A DNA stretch of 61,968 nt, counting the filler, from Mitosporidium daphniae (lineage: Eukaryota): assembly GCF_000760515.2 (NCBI RefSeq). It is 3 parts of 3 records of this genome, joined end to end, with 100 filler letters (N's around TTAATTAATTAA, not from the genome) between each part and the next. Parts side by side here need not be neighbours in the genome. Positions count along the whole stretch, not along the records: positions 21,094 to 41,633 come from NW_013546135.1; positions 41,734 to 61,968 come from NW_013546134.1; 1 more part is not named here. One strand, 5' to 3'. Each line of letters opens with the position of its first letter. Position 1 is the stretch's first letter. Positions 34,182-43,072 of this stretch are shown here, piece by piece. Made by a program: the position numbers and the translations under genes. The notes under the pieces are model-generated. The model was given only the letters and a program-made list of their open reading frames with translations. It ran no database searches and had not been told where the DNA came from.

Positions 34182-36497
34182 ATGCCCACATTGTCCCGTG
34201 GAATGGAAGTTGATGGTTTTAAGCGGGGACATCAGAATATTAAATGCATTTTCTCGGATTTAATGCGCATGAAAACGAATTTACACAATTTTTTTCTTCC
34301 TCCAAATATATTGCAGGAGGTGCCCTCAACTTTGCCAAAACCAGCTTCCAGAGTTGATAAAATTGCTTCTGAATTAATTGATTGCTGCCCTTTTTGCGAT
34401 TACAGCAGGTATGAGAGCTTTTTGGGATATTCTGAATTTTCTGAGCCCTGCATAAAACCATTGGAATGCAGTTTTGATCCGATCACTGGAATTTCTGTGG
34501 TGCCCCCTTTTTGCCTGCCCTTTTCTTTGAATCCGAATGATGGGGGTTTTATCGATAACTACATTTACAAACACGCCCTTCTTAACCTATTATCCTATTC
34601 GATTAATTGTACAGACTGCAGTCAAGTTTTTCACATTGAATGCGCGAGAAGAAATTCATCCACCAATGCTGTTATCCCTTTAATTTATTCTCGCGATAGA
34701 GACAATAAAGGCAATAGGGAGCCTTTTGAACTAGTGTTTCCAAACGCAATTATTTGTCTTCGAACGCAGCAATGTTTTGATTGTCTTTTTTCAGGGTCCA
34801 ATGATATCCAAAAAACCGCAGTCGCAAGCTCAGTAGAAAAACCAGCCAACAATTTACAAGAGAAATGCAGTAGATGCTGGAGAGACTTTCAATTATCACA
34901 TTTAGTTGCTGTTCAGGCCCGCCTACTTTATGTAAACAAGAATATTAAGGAAAATCAATCTTATTCTGAGCTGATTTGTTCATCGTGTCTGGAATGTTCC
35001 CATTGCTTATCTTCTGGGGATGATGATCCATACTGCTCTACATCTATACTTGGATTGCCAAAGAAGCAACAGTCTCTTCCTTGGGTTGTATTTTGGATAT
35101 ATTCAGCCCCGCCTCTTTCCTTGCTATTTTGTGGAGGATGCGCATCAGCGATGGATGCCAAGGAATATTGTCCAATTTGCTTTCAATTGTACGACAGAGA
35201 CAATTTTTCCATACCAATGGCTAAGTGTGACGACTGTAATAGGTGGATCCATGTTGGATGTGATCCATCCATCGATCTTTCTTGGTATGCTTCTGCTTCA
35301 AATGGAAATGGGGCTCTTCAATATACTTGTCCCTGTTGTGTACGGGGAAAATCGGTATGCCTTTCAAACGAAAATAAAAGTGAAATATCCTCAACACTGC
35401 CAAATCATTCATGTTCCTTCTATTCGTCTGGTACTTGGATTTTAAGCCATGGGGTAGTTCCTTATTCCCCAACCCCTCATATTCCAGGCAAGTGGATTAA
35501 AAGCTTGGAAAGTGGAAAATGGCCCGTTGAACTTGTAGTGGCCAGATTCGTTCCTTCCTTTAGGAGTCTTGGGAAAAAAACTCTTCTTCTCATAAAGGTT
35601 CTTCGCGGTTGGGAACCCGCAGGACAATCTCCAAGGCTTGAAATCCGATTCTTGGATCACACTGAAAATGGTTCTCCGTGCGCTTTTAAATTAGACAGCC
35701 TCAATGATTGGAAATCTTTATACATCGATTTATGGCTCACATGGGTGGGATATTGCTCGCCATTTTCTAGAATACACTGTTTAAGCTTTATCCTTGGCGA
35801 ATCTGTCCTTCAATGTTTGAGGTCTGCTAGCTTCATTTCTTGTAACACCCCATCATCTTCAAAGTGTACCAGAGCAATTCCTGGCATTAAACGCAAAAAC
35901 AATCTTGGCTTTGGTCAATTAAGGCACGCTGTCAATGGCACGTGCAACAATGAAATGGTTTCATCGATCAGCCTCAATTATTTCGACCGCAACTATAGCT
36001 CGGTAAATTCCCTCTCTATTCACCGATCATCCATTCAAGGATTAGGTGTTTACGCTAAGGTATCGATCGAAGCAAATGTCCCGCTTCTTCCCTATTATGG
36101 TGTCATAGTTGGCCCTCATTTAGCAGAGAACCTGGAGTCTCTGTATGAATCCCTTGGTCTTGGATGTTATTTTTTCAAAATTTCGTCAACGCTAATTATT
36201 GATGCCACACTTGGAGGCTCTTCTGCCCGATTTGTGAACCATTCCTGTGATCCGAACTGCGTAACTAAATCTATTTGTTCTGCAAAGGCTTCCTTTTCAT
36301 ATAAGCTAAAAAAAGGCGGCATTACCTGCACCAACAGTTGCAGGCCGTCTTGTTCGATTGTCGTTATTTATTCAAAGCGAGATATAAATCCAGGCGAGGA
36401 GCTAACTTATGACTACATGTTTAAATTGGAAGGGGACCATTCACTGCGTATTCCTTGTGGATGTAGATCACCAAAATGTAGAGGCTTTATGAACTGA
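34182..36497 (+). CDS. PHD-finger + SET/post-SET histone lysine methyltransferase, Trithorax/MLL-like
   Basis: C-terminal SET domain (SSIQGLGVYA, IIDAT, ARFVNHSCDPNC, GEELTYDY) and post-SET CGCRSPKCRGFMN. PHD finger CPICFQLYDRDN..MAKCDDCNRWIHVGC with further Cys clusters upstream. Confidence 0.85.
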   Translation: MPTLSRGMEVDGFKRGHQNIKCIFSDLMRMKTNLHNFFLPPNILQEVPSTLPKPASRVDKIASELIDCCPFCDYSRYESFLGYSEFSEPCIKPLECSFDPITGISVVPPFCLPFSLNPNDGGFIDNYIYKHALLNLLSYSINCTDCSQVFHIECARRNSSTNAVIPLIYSRDRDNKGNREPFELVFPNAIICLRTQQCFDCLFSGSNDIQKTAVASSVEKPANNLQEKCSRCWRDFQLSHLVAVQARLLYVNKNIKENQSYSELICSSCLECSHCLSSGDDDPYCSTSILGLPKKQQSLPWVVFWIYSAPPLSLLFCGGCASAMDAKEYCPICFQLYDRDNFSIPMAKCDDCNRWIHVGCDPSIDLSWYASASNGNGALQYTCPCCVRGKSVCLSNENKSEISSTLPNHSCSFYSSGTWILSHGVVPYSPTPHIPGKWIKSLESGKWPVELVVARFVPSFRSLGKKTLLLIKVLRGWEPAGQSPRLEIRFLDHTENGSPCAFKLDSLNDWKSLYIDLWLTWVGYCSPFSRIHCLSFILGESVLQCLRSASFISCNTPSSSKCTRAIPGIKRKNNLGFGQLRHAVNGTCNNEMVSSISLNYFDRNYSSVNSLSIHRSSIQGLGVYAKVSIEANVPLLPYYGVIVGPHLAENLESLYESLGLGCYFFKISSTLIIDATLGGSSARFVNHSCDPNCVTKSICSAKASFSYKLKKGGITCTNSCRPSCSIVVIYSKRDINPGEELTYDYMFKLEGDHSLRIPCGCRSPKCRGFMN

Positions 36498-36766
36498 TTT
36501 TCTGTGTATAGATGTAGATCCATTAGTTCCAGCGAGACTTTCCTTTTCTTCTCAAAAATAAACGTAAACCTATTTAGGTGAAAATAATTTCGTCATCGGC
36601 GAAAACGAAGCTTAAAAGGCTGCCTTATGTTTGTTTGTAAGAGTGGATATGTGCTGATGTTCCTTGAACACTACTATTTGTCGCTTTAATAATTAATTTG
36701 AGCGATTATGCTGTTTTATTGTTGTTTTAATTGGTCGAAACTTTTTTTAATTTAGCGACCCCATCT

Positions 36767-37687
36767 ATGATGTTAGTCGATCCAAAGAAAGGCTATATTT
36801 TCTATGGAACAGGAATATTGTTGCTCTTGCTGGCAGGAATCATTTTCTATGCAGTTAATTTAAGCGGATCACTAGCCATTTCGAAACATTCATCTCCTAC
36901 CACCGATATTAGCCAAGTTGCAGAGCTTATTCCCATTCCAGAGCAAAAAAAGCATGGTATAAAAATAGCAAATATGGTGAACCCCATGCTGAAAACCTTG
37001 GGTAAAAGGAGAGAAGAACCTTTCTTTGATAATGGCATTAACATTTTGGGCAAGATTTTTGTTGCCTTTAGTCTTATATTAAGCATTGGTATGCTTTCAT
37101 CTTATCTGTTCCTTGCGATTTACAAGCCGCCCCCGCCCCCACCTCCACGTCACTTTCCAAGAGTCACCACTATCTTTAGGGGCATTTTCTTATTAATACG
37201 TGTGTCCTTCAGAAGGATACTAAGATACATAAGGATAAATCCCTTTCTCTCCATTGTTTATATGGCGTTCATCTTTGGCCTTTATATGTCATGGTCATTT
37301 GTCTTTTCGATATGTTATTATTTCGCGGGTTTGATCATCAAACTATATCAAATACTTTCTTACTTTTTTTTCCCGATATTTGGCGGGGCTCTTTCGCAAG
37401 TGGCTGGTTTTGGTATTCTTGCGATTTCCCTTGTTTACATTTGTGGACTAACAATTTTTCCATTCATTTTGCACCTATGGACTGAGTTCTTAAATATTTG
37501 TCAAGCTATTGAGGTACCCGAACTCCCAGGAAAAAGCAAAATTGCTTATTTCTTTTCAAGGATAAAGTCAAGATTTTCCCGGCGTAATTTAGATGATACA
37601 TATCCACATCCAAGTGCTCCATCATATTATACCGAGCAACAACCAGCATTTAACCCTTATTTTAAAGAAGAAGAAGAACCAAAGTGA
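36767..37687 (+). CDS. Hypothetical multi-pass membrane protein
   Basis: About 306 aa with 5-6 hydrophobic segments, a poly-Pro tract and a C-terminal PSAPSYY. Confidence 0.65.
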   Translation: MMLVDPKKGYIFYGTGILLLLLAGIIFYAVNLSGSLAISKHSSPTTDISQVAELIPIPEQKKHGIKIANMVNPMLKTLGKRREEPFFDNGINILGKIFVAFSLILSIGMLSSYLFLAIYKPPPPPPPRHFPRVTTIFRGIFLLIRVSFRRILRYIRINPFLSIVYMAFIFGLYMSWSFVFSICYYFAGLIIKLYQILSYFFFPIFGGALSQVAGFGILAISLVYICGLTIFPFILHLWTEFLNICQAIEVPELPGKSKIAYFFSRIKSRFSRRNLDDTYPHPSAPSYYTEQQPAFNPYFKEEEEPK

Positions 37688-37759
37688 GCTTTACATTTTA
37701 AGCGTAATGTTTAAATAAATTTTAATATAATTTAACGGTATTTAAATTTACTGGATATC

Positions 37760-40700
37760 TTAATTTTCGGTGCTACCATGGAACGGATCCTCACCATCGG
37801 TTGATGCTATGCTTTCGTTTTCAGAAGAATCATCTTTGATGATTCCGCGTCTTAGTATATTTTTTGCACTAGATGGTTTCCTTATTACAGGAGAAATATC
37901 AAGAGTAAGCTGGGATTTACCAGCATCACGAGAATTAGAGCCACTTTTTTTAGCAGGTTTCCTTTGCGTCTTGGGCAATACATTAGTTGCTGCATGTTGA
38001 CTCTGATTAACCGCTAAATTTATACCTGGCGATGACAATGTGGCCTGAGCGGAACTAATGTTTGATGATGATAGCATGGTCTGAATACGATCTAAGAGTG
38101 AATTGTTATTTGTCCGTGGAGATGGGACTTGATTCGTGATACTTGGATCGGAAGCTGAGGCCGTGAGTTCGGTTGGAGGATTTGATTCTGAGGATGACAC
38201 CATTCCAATAGCTCTATTTAGCTCCAAGGATTTTGTCTTTTTGGCCTGCATTGATTTGCTCTCTTTAGCTTGCATAGGCTTGCTCGTCTTTTTATGGGCT
38301 GAGGTTTTAGCGTTCCTTGGGATTGGCTTTTTTTCAGTTTCTTTAGGCTCTTTGGACTCTCTCAAAGGGTCCTCTTTTTGCTCGAGTTTGATAATTTTCA
38401 TGGGCTTTTCTCCTTCCGTATAGGCAATTTGTTGGGAAGCGACATCAGCCCGAACGCCTATGTGATCTGAATAATACTCAGAACTGGAGACAAATTTTTT
38501 CAGCGTCATCAAGTCCGTTTTCCACAGATCGCAGGGAGTTTTGGACAGCAACAACTTTAGCTCGTCCTCTTTTTCTTTTCTTTCATTTTCAAGCTGTAAA
38601 ATGCGTTCTGCGGTAAGAGACCATAATGGCATTCCAAGTAAATAGTCATATCCGCCTCCATTTTCATCCTCCTCATATCCTTTTTCAGATAATTCACGTA
38701 CAAGATCAGCTTTGGATTTCCTCGCAATAACCAAAGTGCCCTGTAAAATCTCACTAATAAATCGCATTTTTGCGTCCAAGCGCTTCCATTCTCTCGACAA
38801 GTGCGAGACTAGATTCTCTTTTCTTCGATGGTAGCCATTTAACCTAACCAGGTACCAGTCCTCTAGGATCTCTAGAGCGGAACCATATCTCTTCAAATGG
38901 CCGCCAGCGTCAAAAGCGACCATATTTGTAAGAGAAATCGAAGACGATAACTTGAACAGCTTTAAAAACGACTCCGTAGCGATATTGGTGGAGGGGACCA
39001 AGTGGGGATCCAGAATTGCCTCGGCAGACTCAATTGCAGCCTCACCAAGCTTGATGGAAAACGAAACGCACGTGTCCGTGTGGTGTTCAGTGAACTCTTT
39101 TACCAAGGCAGGCGATCTTTCTATCAAAGATTCAAGAAATTCCTTGTAATTCTGTGTCCACACACCGACGGGAAGCTCCGTGATGTTTAAAACCCAATCG
39201 GTACAAACGTATCGAAGATTCGCCTTGCCATAAATTTTATAGCCCATCGATTCTGAACAAAGAATTGACCCAGAAAAGCATCTATACCACGGGTGCATTT
39301 CTACCAAAGGCTTTTCTTCAATTTTTCTGAGCACGTTTTCAATTACTTCCAAGGGGCTAAAGGGCGGGATAAATGTTGACCATCCCGTTCCAATGCCTTC
39401 GCTTCCATTTACAAGCAGCATTGGGATAATGGGCATGTACCATTCAGGTTCAATAGATTGTCCGTCATCGTTTAAATACACCAAAAGGTCATCGTCGCTT
39501 TCCATGAAAATAAGTCGTGAAATTTCGGACAAGCAGGTAAAGATGTAACGAGGAGAGGCAGCATCCTTTCCTCCTTGAAGGCGAGTACCAAACTGGCCAG
39601 AAGGGACAAGCAAGGGAATGTTATTTGAGCCCGTATAGTCTTGGGCCAAGCCAATAATGGAAGCACATAAAGATGCCTCTCCGTGGTGATAAGCCGCATG
39701 CTCGCTAACATAGCCAGCTAATTGGGCAACTTTGATTTCTTGCTTTAGCTTTCGCTTGAAGCAAGAAAAAAGAATCTTCCTCAGTCCTGGCTTGAGGCCA
39801 TCAATTACACTTGGAATGGACCTGACATTATCGGCCATGGAAAATAAAATCAATTCACGCTGCACAAAATCCTCAATCGTAAATTGAGGAGTCGAACAAT
39901 CCAAAAATGTTCCAGGGACAAAGGCATGAAGCCACTCTTTCCTAGCATCGGCTTTCTTTTTAGAAAATGCCATATCAATCAAGACGCGCTCACCATCCTA
40001 AAGATATGATTGCTATCTTACAGTCATGGAGACAAAGGGCTTGGCATGTAAATTCATTGAAGAAAAATATTTCTTGGCATCTGCTGAGGTAGAGGTTCCC
40101 AAACCTTTGTAATATTTGATCAGAAATAACGATAAGCTGTGGGTGGTTTGAATGGTTTTCCAATTCTCATATTCTGGAATCGTATAAAAAGAGATTGCCC
40201 CAGTGGTGGAATCAATTCGAGCCCCAATGCCCACTCCCGAGATTTGTCTATTTGGGCGAGAGTTTCTATTTTTCGGGGTGACCACAACTATCGGCGTAAT
40301 GAACGCCGTAAGAAATCCGCTAGGTAATTTCAGTAGAGATGGCCAGAAAAAATCAATAAAGTTAATAAGTAGCCCCTTAATGTGAGAGCCATCGTGATCT
40401 TGATCCGTCATTAGCATAATTCTGCCGTATCTAAGAGCATCATTATTTGCATATACACGGCCATGTTGCAATCCTAAAATCTGTTTGATTGCAGAAATCT
40501 CGACGTTTTCGCTGAGTTGCTTATGGCTACAGCAAAATCAGATTTAACCTCTTACTTGGCATCGCGCACATTCAAAAGTTTCCCACGAAGCGGATAAACT
40601 CCAAAATAATCCCTTCCAACTACGGAGAGGCCAGAAACTGCCAGGGCCTTTGCAGAATCTCCTTCAGTCAAAATGAGAGTACATTTTGAGGCGCTTTTTG

Positions 40701-41633
40701 TTCCAGCAAAATTGGCATCATCCAGTTTTGGTATCCCAGAAAGACGAGCACTCTTGCGTCCGTCAGTTTTCTTTAACTCTTTGTCTTCCTTAGCTTTTGC
40801 TGCTGCAAGGAATTCGGCTTGCAACATTGCTACAATTCCAGAGTTGTTAATTATCTTTGTTAGAAAAGAAGCAGGCAGCTGGCACTCTGATCCAAAAGCC
40901 GCTGCCCGAAGCGTAAGGGTCTCTTTTGTTTGAGAATCAAAGGTAGGATTTTCGATCAGACAATTTACAAAGACCCATAAGCGAGATTTGACTTGGAATG
41001 GTTTGATGGACATTCCTTTGTTTTTTTTTACAAGAGCATCGCTGATTGCCGAAACAAGTTGGTCAGTTATTAGCGAAACATGAGTTCCACCTTTAGATGT
41101 ATGAATAGAATTTACAAAAGAAACCTGTTGAAACTGTTCTTCAGATGAGGCTACCGCAACATCCCATCGATCATTAACGGTAATATGAAACAAGGGCAAA
41201 GGCGATTCAATGGGCTCGCCTCTCCCAAAGGCACATGACTNAACATACATACGAGCGTAAGATGAAAACGATGAAATGGGAATTTTCTTCCCATTTAAGA
41301 AAACCGAAATTCCTTTTACAGTTCCCGCCAAGTCGAATACGCGTCTGTAAAAAAGAGACAGGTGGCCTTGGTCTATTGATTTTTCATTACATTTGAATTT
41401 TGACAGGTCTGGAATAAAAGAAATCCTGGTAAATTGTTTTCCGTCCGTCTTGTTAGTGCCTTTTGCAAGCAGTGGCGTTATAATAGGCTTCTCCATGACG
41501 GACATATTTTTCGTGAATCTTTGATAATATTTTGACTTTCCATCTGCTGTTTCAATCACAAACTCTGTGGAGAAGATATTAGCAAGCTTCGCACCGTATC
41601 CATTCCTTCCGCCAGTAACCTAAAAATAAGAAA
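37760..41633 (-). CDS. TOP2: DNA topoisomerase II, 5' truncated by contig end
   Basis: GGRNGYGAKL, TFDSQTKE, ILTEGDSA, PLRGKLLNVR, MTDQDHDGSHIKGL, YYKGLGTS, DGLKPG, AYHHGE, catalytic SPRYIFT. Confidence 0.97.
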
Positions 41634-41733
41634 NNNNNNNNNNNNNNNNNNNNNNNNNNNNNNNNNNNNNNNNNNNNTTAATTAATTAANNNNNNNNNNN
41701 NNNNNNNNNNNNNNNNNNNNNNNNNNNNNNNNN
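41634..41733. other. Artificial contig linker (N44-TTAATTAATTAA-N44)
   Basis: Identical to the linker at 20994-21093. Confidence 0.98.
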
Positions 41734-42219
41734 TCAATAACTTGAAAAATGAATCAAGCGAGGAAATTTCCTGGACATGTAAAAAGCTTGCATACCGTTA
41801 TATTGTTGGCACCAAGCTCAAGAACACGCAAAGAGGCCAAATTAAGAAGCGTATGTGGTATTTTTGTCAGCAAATTTGATGCCAAATACAGCACCGATAA
41901 TGAAGGTGGGAATTCCCGCATCGATTCATTTTTCAAGTTATTGAACGACAAGTCGAGAAACCTGTCGAATTAAAAGCTCTCCATACTGCAAATTGGCGAG
42001 GGAGGACAGGGCCTCTGGAAGCACATGTATTCTGTTGTCGTACAGTGAAAGCTCAATAACGTTCGGGCAACAGGTGACGACCGAATCGAAGGCAGTTAAG
42101 CGATTTTGCCTTGCATTAATAACCTATAAAATTAGAGAGGATCGTTCCTTTAGTGTCGGGCGTAGAGGCGGGAGCGAAGTAAGCTGTGCATGGACGCAAT
42201 AAAGCTCATCATCGTCCAT
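41734..42219 (-). CDS. SDS22: Sds22/PPP1R7-like leucine-rich repeat protein, 3' truncated
   Basis: Spliced exons give RQNRL, ELSLYDNRI, FLDLSFNNLK, LYLASNLLT, LELGANNI, which is the repeat order seen in Sds22. Confidence 0.75.
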
Positions 42220-42445
42220 CGCAAAAATTCCAAAAAAATTGTCTCTCCATGCTAGCCAAATGACACGAAACTTTGACCCCTGCTATTATGGCCAGAATTA
42301 AATGGTTGCCACCTGCGCGCTTTAGAACTAACTAATACTACATGATGGCCAGCACGCGTGCACAATTAGATCAGTGTATGGAGACTGGTATTTACAATGT
42401 GATTTGGGCCCAATTTAGTTTTAAATTTTCCAGGGGAAGATTTTA

Positions 42446-42833
42446 ATGAACATTGGCCCCTGTATCCGAATGGAGTCGAAGATACGAGAATTGCTTTTGG
42501 GCGCCAAGAGCTTGGCGCCTGTGATTTCGCTGGTAAGCGTAGCTTGGTGTAATGCATTGTAGAAAATTGACGATTTTGGCGATGCCTGCGGCTCAAAGTT
42601 TGCAGTACCCCATCTTGGCCTCCGTGCTAATTATATGTAGATCAAAGTGGAATCCCCGGTCTTCAAAGATCTCTCGCTGATCAAGCAACACAGGTACACA
42701 CACAAATCACTAAATGCATGCATGTATCAGGCTGGTTAATGAAGTGCTTGCCCCCGTGCGCCCCGACATACATGCGCTCACCATTGTAAGTGATTCGTCA
42801 TGATAACTGAAGAAAACGCAAATTCCGAATTAA
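42446..42833 (+). CDS. BolA-family protein (five exons; not in ORF track)
   Basis: Removing introns 42533-42562, 42605-42640, 42694-42730 and 42786-42812 gives MNIGPCIRMESKIRELLLGAKSLAPVISLKIDDFGDACGSKFAIKVESPVFKDLSLIKQHRLVNEVLAPVRPDIHALTIKTQIPN*, with BolA motifs CG..F, S..F, QHRLVN, IHAL. Confidence 0.9.
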
Positions 42834-42859
42834 ATTTTAAGTTTAAATTAAATTAAATC

Positions 42860-42868
42860 ATCAGATAA
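42860..42868 (+). promoter_or_regulatory. Extended GATA box ATCAGATAA upstream of the GATA factor gene
   Basis: Exact match to ATCWGATAA, the consensus for fungal iron-responsive GATA factors. Further WGATAR sites near 42912 and 43061 (minus strand). Confidence 0.4.
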
Positions 42869-43072
42869 TCATTCTGATCTGCCCAGGCCGGCCCAATCGC
42901 ACCTTGCGATCTATCATTTAATCAGTAGTAAATTTAAAGGTCACTTCGCGGGTAATCTATTCAATTTAAAGGATCAGTTCCGGACGGTAGTGCATTCCCA
43001 TTCATCAAGAGCATCTGTTCAGGAAAAAATACTGCTTAATAGAGTACACCGTTTCCCCTCTTATCAGTACAA

